A DNA stretch of 64,000 bases, from positions 576,001-640,000 of the forward strand of contig JAXDQS010000003.1 in NCBI GenBank assembly GCA_034667725.1. The letters run 5' to 3'. Both the position numbers and the translations under genes were made by a program. Every line of letters starts with the position of its first letter. Positions within the stretch are counted from its first letter, which is position 1. Of this stretch, positions 24,472-33,654 are shown in pieces. This stretch comes from Thermoplasmata archaeon (GTDB lineage Archaea > Thermoplasmatota > E2 > JACPAO01 > JAHFTW01). Under the pieces are notes generated by a model that saw only the letters and a list, made by a program, of their open reading frames with translations, was not told the DNA's origin and searched no databases.

Positions 24472-25241
24472 GGCCAAAGGCAAAGAGGCGGCCCAACCTC
24501 GGCATTTCCGCCGTGCCGCCCGCCAAACGCAAGAGCAAGCCCCGCAAGAAAGCGCCGGAGGATGTTCTTCAGGAAGCCGTCTTCTGGTGGTTGATCGTCC
24601 CAGTCATCGTCCTGGTATTGGCAGGAGTGCTCGTGGACATGGCCGTGCGAAGCCTGACGGGCTACCAGGCCGCGACCTTCACCAAGGGGCTGTTCGGCGT
24701 GCCTGCGATGCTGATCTATCTTGCCTTCAAGGCTGAAAAGGAGTTTGGATTGCTCGGCCTGCTGCGGAAGAAGGACGCCTTGGCCGGGACCAATGTGCAG
24801 CCTTCGGTGGCTGCGGGGGGTCACGCGGCCGTCTCGGTCACCAAGTCCCTCTTCTCCAAGACCACCATCGTGCAAGGCGGCTCCGTGCAAGGGGCAGCTC
24901 CGCCACCAGTCCCTGCGGCCCGCCCTCCTCAGCCGAAGGAGTCGCCGGTCGCTGCGTTGCGCATGAGGCCGCCTGCGCCCAAGGCGCCTGAGAAGGACCT
25001 CCACGCGACTTGCCGGCGGCTGGCTGAAGGCATCGTGGCCCTCCCCCAGACCACGGACGGAGTGGAGCAATACCGCCGCCAATATCTCCTGGAGGTCTCG
25101 GCCATCAAGGTGGAGCTCGAACGGCGCCACATGCCCGTGCCGTTCCTTCTGCAGCGCTACAAGGACGTCTCCGGCTTCCAGCTTCATGAGTTGGCAGGCG
25201 ACCTTGGAGAAGTCGCGGAAAAGCTGCGCCTCCCGGCGTGA
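24462..25241 (+). CDS. Hypothetical membrane protein
   Basis: Two hydrophobic segments, Pro-rich linker, less GC-biased codons; start uncertain. Confidence 0.6.
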   Translation: MLLGPKAKRRPNLGISAVPPAKRKSKPRKKAPEDVLQEAVFWWLIVPVIVLVLAGVLVDMAVRSLTGYQAATFTKGLFGVPAMLIYLAFKAEKEFGLLGLLRKKDALAGTNVQPSVAAGGHAAVSVTKSLFSKTTIVQGGSVQGAAPPPVPAARPPQPKESPVAALRMRPPAPKAPEKDLHATCRRLAEGIVALPQTTDGVEQYRRQYLLEVSAIKVELERRHMPVPFLLQRYKDVSGFQLHELAGDLGEVAEKLRLPA

Positions 25242-26023
25242 CCCGCCGCCTTCATCCCGCCACTCTGGATGCCGCCCTGTTGAGCACGCGTCCCCTCCTG
25301 CTGCGCATCCCTTTCTCGCACTACTGCCGCAAGGCCGAGTGGGGCCTGACGCACGCCGGCATCGAGTACGACACCCTCGACGTCGCCCTCTGGCAGATGA
25401 AGCACGCCCGCCGCGCCAACCCCAAGGAGGGCACGGTCCCCGTCCTCAAGCTGGACGACCGCCTGGTGCTCGGGTCGGGCGACATCCTGCAGTGGGCAGA
25501 GGAGAACAAGGCGGGCGCCGCGGCGCCGCTGTACCCGTCGCCGGAGGTGGCGGAGTGGGAGCGGTGGGCCGACGAGGCCATCGGGCCGCCGGCGCGCCGC
25601 GAGGCCTACCGCGCCCTGCACGCCGACCCGCGGCTCCTGAAGGGCTACCCGGAGGCGCCGCGCTACATGGCGTGGCCGGTCGCGCGGCGGCTCTACCTCA
25701 ACATCCTGCGGCACTACAAGGCGCGCCGCTTCGAGGCGACCGACCCGGCGGCCCTCCGGGAGGCGCTCGCCCGGGTCGCCGCCCGCCTGGCGGAGCGCGG
25801 CACCGGCTTCCTGTGCGCGTCCCATCCGACGGCGGCCGACTACGCCACCGCGGCCCTGCTGGAGCCGCTCGTGGCCGTCGCGCACGCGCGCGGGCTCGAC
25901 GATGCTCCCGGGTGGCCGGCGGTGGCGGCGTTCGTGGCGCGGGTGCGGCCGACGCGCCTGCTGCGGCGGCGGCGCCGGAGCCTGCATTGGTGGCATTGGC
26001 GGCGGTTCGAGCGGCTGGCGTAG
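25238..26023 (+). CDS. Glutathione S-transferase family protein
   Basis: SHYCRKAEW, GTVPVL, SGDILQW, PTAAD. Confidence 0.8.
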   Translation: MTRRLHPATLDAALLSTRPLLLRIPFSHYCRKAEWGLTHAGIEYDTLDVALWQMKHARRANPKEGTVPVLKLDDRLVLGSGDILQWAEENKAGAAAPLYPSPEVAEWERWADEAIGPPARREAYRALHADPRLLKGYPEAPRYMAWPVARRLYLNILRHYKARRFEATDPAALREALARVAARLAERGTGFLCASHPTAADYATAALLEPLVAVAHARGLDDAPGWPAVAAFVARVRPTRLLRRRRRSLHWWHWRRFERLA

Positions 26024-26028
26024 CGGGG

Positions 26029-26595
26029 CTACTCGAGCTGGACGCCTTCGTGCTGCAGCAACTGGCGCTTGAGGTCCATGCCGCCGCCGTAGCCGCCGAG
26101 GGTGCCGCTGGAAGTGACGACGCGGTGGCAGGGCACGATGGGGGCGACCGGGTTCTCGTGGTTGGCCTGGCCGACGGCGCGGCTGGCGCCGGGGCGGCCG
26201 ATGAGGCGCGCGATGTCCTGGTAGCTGCGGGTCTCGCCGAACGGGATCTCGGCAAGGGCGCTCCAGACCTTGCGCTGGAACGTGGTGCCGTCGAGGCGGA
26301 CGGGGACGTCGAACTGGCGGCGGCGGCCCGCGGCGTACTCGACGAGCTGGGCGCAGGCCTGCTGCAGCAGCGGGTCGCGCGGGTCCTCGTGGAACTCGAC
26401 GTTGGGGTGGCGGTCGGTGACCTCGTCGAGGAAGCGCTCAGTGGGGGTGGTGGGGAGGGAGGTCTGCACGATGGCGCCGTCGAGGGCGGCGACGTGGAAA
26501 CGGCCGAACGGGGTGTCGACGGCGCTCCAGGTGCCGACGTGGCTGCGCGCGGCGGGCTGGAGGGCCTTGCGGGCGGCGAGGCGGGCGTCGGTCAT
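26029..26595 (-). CDS. ogt: Methylated-DNA--protein-cysteine methyltransferase
   Basis: GTTFQRKVW, IPFGETRSY, RAVGQA, PCHRV, GYGGG. Confidence 0.92.
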   Translation of the reverse strand: MTDARLAARKALQPAARSHVGTWSAVDTPFGRFHVAALDGAIVQTSLPTTPTERFLDEVTDRHPNVEFHEDPRDPLLQQACAQLVEYAAGRRRQFDVPVRLDGTTFQRKVWSALAEIPFGETRSYQDIARLIGRPGASRAVGQANHENPVAPIVPCHRVVTSSGTLGGYGGGMDLKRQLLQHEGVQLE

Positions 26596-27836
26596 GGCAG
26601 CACGGGGCTGCCATTTCGTCGCAGGCTGATGAACCAAGCGATGAGGCCCGCGATCGCCAGGATTCCGCCCAGGAGGAAGCCAGGGGAGGCGGGGCCGCCG
26701 GCGAGGTTGCCGCCCACCAGGAGGCAAACGGCAAGGTTGAGGGCCCAGAAGCTCCAGCGGGTGCGGCTGAAGGGGGGCGGAGATTGGCCGCGGACGGCGG
26801 GGAACGACCGGGTGGCGTAGCCGAGCAGCAGGATGGCGACCCCGCCCAAGAGGACCGCGTGGACGTGGGCAAAGGTGAGGGCGGCGCGCCGGTCGGCGAA
26901 CAGGTCGGGGATGGCGTTGAGGAAGATGCCCAAAAGGACGCCCGCGATGAGCCAGAAGACGCCCGCGAAGGTCCACGGGACGTAGGTGAACTCGGGGGTG
27001 ACGCGCTGGGTGCGCGACTTGTTGCGCATGATGTTGGCGCCCAGGACGCCCATGAAGGTGAAGGCGCCCAGGAACACGAACGCGCCGCCCGCGATCAGCA
27101 GGCCTTTCTCGGCGGCGAGGAAGCCGGCGGCCAAGAGCACGAGGCCGAGCATGGTGCTGTGCAGCTCGCCCTTGATGGCGCCCGCGGCGATGGCGGGGAC
27201 GCCGGACAGCCGGGGGACGACGAGGTGGCTGACGCCGTAGGTGGCAAGCAGCGCGAAGCCGGCGAAGACCAGGTGGAAGCCGGCGAGGGCCAGGCGGCCG
27301 GCGTGCTCCCACGCGACGACGTAGGGCGCGTAGGCCGACGCCAGCAGCAGCAGGCCGGGGACGAGGAAGAAGTGCGCGAACTTGAGCTGCTTCAGGCAGG
27401 CGTCGTCGCCCTTGGTGAGCGGGTCGCGGGCCACGTCCACGACACTTTTGGGGATGAGGGCAAGGAGGGTCACGAGCTGCACCACGGCGGCGGCCACGAC
27501 CCACAGGATGCCCAGGAAGGCCACGACGGCGAACAGGCCCGACGGCTGCAGCAGCAGGCCCGTGCCCGCCATCGCAGCACCCACGGCGTAGAGGAGCGCC
27601 ACCAGCCGCAGCCGGGACGGGGGCGCCGCCAGCTTGAGGTGGGCCTCGAGCAGGTGGAAGATCCAGAACGCGAGCGCCGGCAGCAGGAAGCCCACCAAGC
27701 CGATCCACAAGTGGGCGTGGCGGTAGCCAAGCTCCACGAACCCGAAGCGCTGCGCCGCGGCCATCCAGGTCCCGAGCGCCATGGCGGCGGCGAGGCTCCA
27801 AAGCGAGACACGCAGCAGGGGCCGGGGGCCGTCCAC
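26592..27836 (-). CDS. Polytopic His-containing membrane protein (NnrS / heme-copper-oxidase-I-like)
   Basis: About 12 TM segments with repeating HAHL..G, HL..AG, HVHA..GG motifs; start uncertain. Confidence 0.65.
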   Translation of the reverse strand: MDGPRPLLRVSLWSLAAAMALGTWMAAAQRFGFVELGYRHAHLWIGLVGFLLPALAFWIFHLLEAHLKLAAPPSRLRLVALLYAVGAAMAGTGLLLQPSGLFAVVAFLGILWVVAAAVVQLVTLLALIPKSVVDVARDPLTKGDDACLKQLKFAHFFLVPGLLLLASAYAPYVVAWEHAGRLALAGFHLVFAGFALLATYGVSHLVVPRLSGVPAIAAGAIKGELHSTMLGLVLLAAGFLAAEKGLLIAGGAFVFLGAFTFMGVLGANIMRNKSRTQRVTPEFTYVPWTFAGVFWLIAGVLLGIFLNAIPDLFADRRAALTFAHVHAVLLGGVAILLLGYATRSFPAVRGQSPPPFSRTRWSFWALNLAVCLLVGGNLAGGPASPGFLLGGILAIAGLIAWFISLRRNGSPVLP

Positions 27837-27900
27837 GGCGCGGCGACGGGGGCCACCCATAAAACCGCGCCTTGAAGACGAGCACGCCATCGGCGGCCCC

Positions 27901-29013
27901 ATGCGCATCGGCGTCCTCAACGGCGGCGGCCCCGCGCCCGGCCTCAACGGCGTCATCAACGCCGTCACCTTGGCGGCGCGCGCCCGCGGCTGGAGCGTGG
28001 TCGGCATCCCGAAGGGCTACTCGCAGCTCATCAAGGGCAACACGGCCGCCTGCCGCGAGCTCACGGAGGCCGACGTGGCCGGCATCGAGGCGCAGGGCGG
28101 CAGCATCCTGTTCACGAGCCGCGCCAACCCGGCCAAGAAGCCCGAGGACATGGAGGCGGTGATCGCGAGCCTGCGGCAGCTTGGCCTGGACGCCTTGGTC
28201 ACGATCGGCGGCGACGACACCGCCACGGCCGGCATGAAGGCCGCCGCGGCCATGGGCGGCAAGGTCCGGGTCGCGCACGTCCCGAAGACCATCGACAACG
28301 ACCTGCCGCTGCCTGGGGAGGCGCCGACCTTCGGCTTCGAGACCGCCAAGCACCTGGGCGCCCAGTTGTGCCGCAACCTCCGCGTGGACGCAAGGACGAC
28401 GGGCCGCTGGTACCTCGTCACCGCGATGGGACGCAGCGCCGGCCACCTCGCCCTCGGCATGGCCGTCGGCAGCGGCGCCGACCTCGTCGTCATCCCGGAG
28501 GAATTCCCCGCGGGCCCCATCCGCATGGCGCAGGTCGCCGGCAAGGTGCAGGCCGCCATCGCGAAACGCAAGCAGCAGGGCCAGGAGTGGGGGCTGGTGG
28601 TGCTGGCGGAAGGATTGCTGGACCGCCTCGACGCCCAGGAGCTGAAGCAGATCGTCCCCGACCTGGAGCTGGACGAGCACGGCAACCCGCGCTTCTCCGA
28701 GATCGACCTCGGCAAGGTCGTGCGGGGCGCCCTGAAGACGGACGCGGCGTTCATCACCAAGCTCATCGGCTACGAGCTGCGCTGCGCCGACCCCATCGCG
28801 TTCGACGTCCAATACACCCGGACCTTGGGGGCGGGCGCCGTCGAGTTCCTTGCGAATGGCACGGGCAACGCCTTGATCGCGGTGCAGGACGGCCAATGGG
28901 TCCCGCTGCGGTTCGAGGAGCTCAAGGACCCCGCCACCGGGAAAGTGCGGATTCGCCGCGTCAACGTCGAGGGCGCGATGTGGAAGGCGGCGGTGGCCCT
29001 GCAAGCAAGGTAA
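27901..29013 (+). CDS. pfp: Phosphofructokinase, PPi-dependent signature
   Basis: GGPAPGLN, GGDDT, PKTIDND, MGR, IPE, GYELR. Confidence 0.85.
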   Translation: MRIGVLNGGGPAPGLNGVINAVTLAARARGWSVVGIPKGYSQLIKGNTAACRELTEADVAGIEAQGGSILFTSRANPAKKPEDMEAVIASLRQLGLDALVTIGGDDTATAGMKAAAAMGGKVRVAHVPKTIDNDLPLPGEAPTFGFETAKHLGAQLCRNLRVDARTTGRWYLVTAMGRSAGHLALGMAVGSGADLVVIPEEFPAGPIRMAQVAGKVQAAIAKRKQQGQEWGLVVLAEGLLDRLDAQELKQIVPDLELDEHGNPRFSEIDLGKVVRGALKTDAAFITKLIGYELRCADPIAFDVQYTRTLGAGAVEFLANGTGNALIAVQDGQWVPLRFEELKDPATGKVRIRRVNVEGAMWKAAVALQAR

Positions 29014-29086
29014 ATGGCGCCATTTTGGCTGCGATTGAAACCGCATTAGCCAAAATCCCCAAATCGCCGCCTGCGGTTGATGCTGC

Positions 29087-29653
29087 ATGCACGGCCCCTA
29101 CCCTGCTCTGCTCGCAAGCCTCGTCCTCCTGGCCGTCGCGGCTCAAGGGCAAGTGGGCCTGCCCCCGGAAACCCAGGTGGGCCCGAACTGCCTCGGCGAG
29201 TCCCACCACGTGGAACTGGACTCCATCGTGGTGGACCTCAACCGCATCTGCGTCACGGTGATCCTCCAGGAGCCCAACGGCGACGACCCCCCTGCGCCGG
29301 ACCCGGTGCCGTCCGGGATGGTGGCCGCCTTCGACCTGGCCGCCTGCCCTGGCGGCTGGACGGCGTTCACGGCGGCGGCCGGCCGGAATGTCATCGGCGT
29401 CGGGGCCGGTGCGGGCCTCTCGGCGCGCACCCTCGGCCAGACGGGAGGCGAGGAGACGCACACCCTATCGGTGGCGGAGATGCCGTCCCACGCGCATGGC
29501 ATCTACACGATTGCCGAAGGCCAATGGGGCGGCGCCGTGGGCAGGCCAGCCATGTCTGGCGGCATCGGCGGCAACACCGACTCCACCGGCGGTGGCTCTG
29601 CCCACAACGTCATGGATCCCTTCGTGGCGCTGCTGTACTGCAAGAAGCTCTAA
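29087..29653 (+). CDS. Secreted protein with phage tail-collar-like C-terminal domain
   Basis: Signal peptide; PSGMVAAF..CPGGW, GQTGGEETHTLSVAEMPSHAH, HNVMDPFVALLYCKK. Confidence 0.75.
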   Translation: MHGPYPALLASLVLLAVAAQGQVGLPPETQVGPNCLGESHHVELDSIVVDLNRICVTVILQEPNGDDPPAPDPVPSGMVAAFDLAACPGGWTAFTAAAGRNVIGVGAGAGLSARTLGQTGGEETHTLSVAEMPSHAHGIYTIAEGQWGGAVGRPAMSGGIGGNTDSTGGGSAHNVMDPFVALLYCKKL

Positions 29654-30849
29654 GCGTCCCTGGACCGCTTCGGCGCCTTGCTCCTCGTGGCTGCCTTCCC
29701 CTCGATGGCCTGCCGCAGGTCGTCCCACAGGTCCTCGACCTCCTCGACGCCGACGCTCAAACGGATCAGGCCGTCCTCCAGTCCGGTCTTGCGGCGCATC
29801 TCGGGCGGGACGCTGGCGTGCGTCATGAGCGCGGGCAGCTGGATCAGCGACTCGACGGCGCCGAGCGACTCCGCGAGCTGCCAGATGCGCGTCGAGGTGA
29901 CGCACGACTTGGCGGCGGCGAGGTCCTTGAGGGTGAAGCTCACCATGCCGCCGCCGCCCCGCGCCTGGCGGGCGTGGACGTCGCTGTTGTTGTGGGCGTC
30001 GAGGCCTGGGTAGAACACCTTGCCCACGAGCTTGTGCTCGGCGAGCCGTTCCGCGATGACGCTGGCGGACTTGTCGTGCGCCTGCATCCGGAGGTGCAGC
30101 GTCTTGAGGCCGCGCAGCAGCAGGTAGGAGTCGAACGGCGGGCAGACGGCGCCGACGGCCAACTGGAGGAACTTGACCTGCTCGCCCAGTTCGGCGTCCT
30201 TGGCGACGACGGCGCCGGCCAGGACGTCGCTGTGGCCGCCGAGGTACTTGGTGGCGCTGTGGAACACGGCGTCGGCGCCGAGGGCGAGCGGGTTCTGCAA
30301 TGCCGGCGACATGAAGGTGTTGTCCACCACGAGGCGGGCGCCGCCGTCGTGCGCGACCTCGGCGACGGCCGCGATGTCGGACACTCGCAGCAGCGGGTTG
30401 GTGGGCGTCTCGAGGAGGACCAGCTTGGTCTTCTTGGTCATGGCCTTCTTGGTGGCCTTGAGGTCGCGGGTGTCCACGAAGGTGGTCGTGATGCCTTGGC
30501 GGGCGCAGACCCGGTTGAGGAGCCGGATGCTGCCGCCGTAGGCGTCCTCGGCCGCGACGACATGGTCGCCTGCGTCGAGGGTGCGCACCAGCGCGTCGAG
30601 GGCGCTGAGGCCGCTTGCGAAGGCGTGCCCGGAGGCGCCGCCCTCGAGGACCGCGATGGCCTCCTCGAACGCCTGGCGGGTCGGGTTGCCGGCGCGCGAA
30701 TAGTCAAACGAGAGCGGCTCGGCGGGGGCGGGCTGGCGGAACGTGGTCGAGAGCTGGATGGCCGGGTTGACGGCGCCGTGGACTGGGTCGGGGTGGACGC
30801 CGGCGTGGACGCAGCGGGTCGCGAAGCCGTCGGTGGGTGAAAGGGCCAT
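29650..30849 (-). CDS. Cystathionine gamma-lyase/synthase
   Basis: YSRAGNPT, ETPTNP, VDNTF, SATKYLGGHSD, ESLG, RLSVGVE. Confidence 0.92.
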   Translation of the reverse strand: MALSPTDGFATRCVHAGVHPDPVHGAVNPAIQLSTTFRQPAPAEPLSFDYSRAGNPTRQAFEEAIAVLEGGASGHAFASGLSALDALVRTLDAGDHVVAAEDAYGGSIRLLNRVCARQGITTTFVDTRDLKATKKAMTKKTKLVLLETPTNPLLRVSDIAAVAEVAHDGGARLVVDNTFMSPALQNPLALGADAVFHSATKYLGGHSDVLAGAVVAKDAELGEQVKFLQLAVGAVCPPFDSYLLLRGLKTLHLRMQAHDKSASVIAERLAEHKLVGKVFYPGLDAHNNSDVHARQARGGGGMVSFTLKDLAAAKSCVTSTRIWQLAESLGAVESLIQLPALMTHASVPPEMRRKTGLEDGLIRLSVGVEEVEDLWDDLRQAIEGKAATRSKAPKRSRDA

Positions 30850-31886
30850 CAAGCACCCCGGCGGGCCTGGGCCTTGCGCAAGTACGCCGGCGCCTTCGTC
30901 AAGCCCTTCGCCTCCATCCAGTCGAGGTTGAACTTGCTGAGGTAGCGCTCGCCGGGGTCGGGCAAGAGCGTGACCACCAGCGCGGACTTCGGCAGCGACT
31001 TGGCGAGCTTGAGGGCCCCGTGCACGGCGGCGCCGGCGGACGAGCCGGAGAACAAGGCCTCCTCGCGGGCGAGCCTGGCCTGCATGAGGAAGGCGTCCTC
31101 GTCGCTCACCTGCAGGACGTCGTCGATCTCGTCCCACCACACCGTCGTGGGCATGAAGTCCTCGCCGATGCCGTCGATGAGGTACTGGTGGATGTCCTTT
31201 GGGAACTCGCCGGTCTTGTGGAAGTGGGTGTAGACGGAGCCGACCGTGTCGATGCCGATGACGGAGACTTCGCGTCCCGCCTTGGCCGCCGCCCGGTGCA
31301 GGTAGCGCCCCGTGCCGCTGATGGTGCCGCCCGTGCCCATGCCGGCGACGAAGTGGGTGACCTTGCCGTTGGTCTGCTCCCAGATTTCCGGCCCCGTCGT
31401 CTTGAGGTGGGCCTGCGGGTTGGCCTGGTTGTAGTACTGGTAGGGGAGGTAGGCGCCTTCCTCGTCCCGCAGCCGCTCGGCCTGCTTGTAGTAGGAGCGC
31501 GGGTCGTCGGCCTCGACGTTGGTGGGGCAGACGATGACCTCGGCGCCGTAGGCCTTCAGGAGGTCCTGCTTCTCCTTCGGGACCTTGTCCGGGAGCGTGC
31601 ACACCATCCGGTAGCCCAAAAGCGACGCGGCCATCGCCAAGCCAAGCCCCGTGTTGCCGGAGGTGGGCTCGACGATGGTGCCGCCGGGCTTCAGCAGGCC
31701 CGCCTTCTCGCCGGCGCGGATCATGGGCAGCCCGATGCGGTCCTTCACCGAGGAGCCCGGGTTGAACATCTCCAGCTTGGCCGCCACCCGGGCGCCTTGG
31801 CCGCGGTTGACGGACGCGCGCAGCCGGTCCAGGAAGCACATTGGGGTGTTGCCGACGAGGTCCAGGACCGACTTGGCGATGGGCAC
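30849..31886 (-). CDS. Cystathionine beta-synthase / PLP-dependent cysteine synthase
   Basis: NPGSSVKDR, EPTSGNTG, GMGTGGT, GIG, PDPGERYLSK. Confidence 0.92.
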   Translation of the reverse strand: MPIAKSVLDLVGNTPMCFLDRLRASVNRGQGARVAAKLEMFNPGSSVKDRIGLPMIRAGEKAGLLKPGGTIVEPTSGNTGLGLAMAASLLGYRMVCTLPDKVPKEKQDLLKAYGAEVIVCPTNVEADDPRSYYKQAERLRDEEGAYLPYQYYNQANPQAHLKTTGPEIWEQTNGKVTHFVAGMGTGGTISGTGRYLHRAAAKAGREVSVIGIDTVGSVYTHFHKTGEFPKDIHQYLIDGIGEDFMPTTVWWDEIDDVLQVSDEDAFLMQARLAREEALFSGSSAGAAVHGALKLAKSLPKSALVVTLLPDPGERYLSKFNLDWMEAKGLTKAPAYLRKAQARRGA

Positions 31887-31926
31887 GCCCGCCGCACCCG
31901 GCCCGCCCTAGATGACCACTTCGCGG

Positions 31927-32547
31927 CTACTTCGCGCGGCCGTTGCTGCCGCCCTGCACGCGGGCCTTGACCTTGTCGGCCTCGCTCTGGACGCGGGCCT
32001 GGGCCTTCTCGGCCACCAGGCGGACCTCCTCGACGACGCGGGGCGCGCGCTCGAGGACGATGCGCGACTGCTCCTGCGCCTTGGCGAGGGCCTCCTTGGT
32101 GGCGTCCTGGGCCTTCTGGCCGTACTCGGTGGCCATCTCGCGGGCAGCGCTCGCGATGCGGGCGCGGCCCTGCGAGGTCTTGGCCTCCTCGGCCAGCTCC
32201 TGGGCGGCCTTCTTGGCCTGCTCCTGCAGCTCGGCGATCTTCTTCTGGAGGAGGCCGAGCTCGGTGGCGAGGCGGTCCAGGCCGGCCTGGGTGGCCTCGC
32301 GCAGGTTCTTGTAGGCCTCCTCGGCGAGGGCGGGGACGGAGGCGGCGCCGAAGCCCTTGACGTCCTCGACCAGGGCGAGGGCGGCGGCGCGCTGGCGGTA
32401 CTCGCGCAGGCTGGCCTCGGCGATGCCGGTCTGGCTGCTCACGGCCAGCACGTCGATGCGGGCGAGCTGCTCGACGCTTGCGATGCCGGCGTCGCGGAGC
32501 TTCTGCTGCTTGGCGGGGCCGATGCCCTTGATCTGGCGGAGGTCCAT
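31927..32547 (-). CDS. Helix-hairpin-helix (DUF4332-like) protein with long Ala/Glu/Lys helical tail
   Basis: IKGIGP..QKLRDAGI HhH and second VKGFG motif. Confidence 0.7.
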   Translation of the reverse strand: MDLRQIKGIGPAKQQKLRDAGIASVEQLARIDVLAVSSQTGIAEASLREYRQRAAALALVEDVKGFGAASVPALAEEAYKNLREATQAGLDRLATELGLLQKKIAELQEQAKKAAQELAEEAKTSQGRARIASAAREMATEYGQKAQDATKEALAKAQEQSRIVLERAPRVVEEVRLVAEKAQARVQSEADKVKARVQGGSNGRAK

Positions 32548-32656
32548 GGAAGTCACCTTGTGTGGCATTGTGTCAGCCACAGGCTAGACCGTTCTAGCAC
32601 AACGCCCTATATCGGGTTAGCGGTCGGGCCGGTTCAAGGGGCGTGCTCGCGGCAAG

Positions 32657-33028
32657 CTACGACTTCGGGTAGTCCTTCTCCAGGTCCGCCTTGAGCGCCT
32701 CGGCCTGCTTCTTGCCGTAGGCCTTCTCCAGCAGCAAGTCCAGCTTGGCCTCCTTGCGGTCGTCGCCCTCCTTGGACGACGGCGAGCCCACGTGCAGCAG
32801 CAGGGCCAGCCCGCCCACCTGCCACAGGAGCTGGAGGAACTCGGATTGCCAGTTCTCGAAGGTGTCCTTGAGGGTCTCGGTGACGTAGCCGCCCCACTCG
32901 AACGGCTCACCGTGCTGCCGCTGCTCGTTCTCGAAGAAGAAGTACGCCGTCACCCAGTGGCCGATGATGCTCACGACGAAGAAGCCGGCCGTGATCCAGG
33001 TGTAGCCATGCTTCCACTTGCGCGCCAT
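32657..33028 (-). CDS. Small membrane protein (DUF6766-like)
   Basis: TFENWQSEFLQ and GSPSSK motifs. Confidence 0.7.
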   Translation of the reverse strand: MARKWKHGYTWITAGFFVVSIIGHWVTAYFFFENEQRQHGEPFEWGGYVTETLKDTFENWQSEFLQLLWQVGGLALLLHVGSPSSKEGDDRKEAKLDLLLEKAYGKKQAEALKADLEKDYPKS

Positions 33029-33086
33029 GGCCCCGGGAAGCGAGGCGCGCGACTACAGGTGCACGGATGCCGGCAACGAGGCGGGG

Positions 33087-33470
33087 CTACGCGCTGAACG
33101 ACTTGCCGCAGCCGCAGCCGGACTTCGCGTTCGGGTTGGCGATCTTGAAGCCGCCGCCCATGAGCTCGTCCGCGAAGTCGATGGCGACCCCGTTCAGGAG
33201 CGAGGCGTGGTCCGGGTGGACGAACAACTGGACGCCGTTGGAGCGCAGCGTGACCTCGCCGGGCTCGGCCTTCTCCGCGAACTCCATGCCGTAGGAGGCG
33301 CCGGAGCAGCCGCCGGGCTGGACGCTGACGCGCACGCCGACGGCGTCGAGGCTGCGGCCGCCGAGGAACTCCTGCAGCTTGGTGCGGGCGAGGTCGGTGA
33401 CCGTCATGGAAAGCGTGGTCTGGATGGTGACCTGGCCGTCGGCAGGGGCGGCGGTGGCCGTCTGGGGCAT
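33087..33470 (-). CDS. A-type Fe-S cluster carrier (HesB/IscA/ErpA family)
   Basis: GGCSG and NPNAKSGCGCGKSF. Confidence 0.92.
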   Translation of the reverse strand: MPQTATAAPADGQVTIQTTLSMTVTDLARTKLQEFLGGRSLDAVGVRVSVQPGGCSGASYGMEFAEKAEPGEVTLRSNGVQLFVHPDHASLLNGVAIDFADELMGGGFKIANPNAKSGCGCGKSFSA

Positions 33471-33531
33471 GGGGACCTGCTGAGTGGGGGTTCTACTTGA
33501 GGGTTCGGACCTGCGCAGCCGCTCGGACCTG

Positions 33532-33613
33532 TCCACCGAACCCACCGAGGACACCGAACTCCGTCCTGGTGCACTGAGCAAGGCGTTTCGGTGGTCTCGG
33601 TGTCATCGGTGGA
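33532..33613. repeat. REP-like palindrome with 9-bp periodic CACCGA units
   Basis: Three CACCGA units, a spacer, then three TCGGTG units. Confidence 0.75.
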
Positions 33614-33654
33614 TGGGTCGCCTTCGGTCACCAGTCCACTGAAAACTTGGGACG

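Noticed and set aside
26029-29088. 1019-aa ORF ending in Ogt
   Set aside because: Stop-poor GC-rich frame; only 26029-26595 is a recognisable protein
29087-29653. Prophage
   Set aside because: Isolated tail-collar domain among housekeeping genes
29650-31839. Apparent 729-aa cystathionine enzyme fusion
   Set aside because: The two enzymes are in different frames with abutting stop and start at 30849
33532-33613. Possible CRISPR or guide-RNA array
   Set aside because: Units are only 9 bp, there are no repeat-spacer blocks and no cas genes
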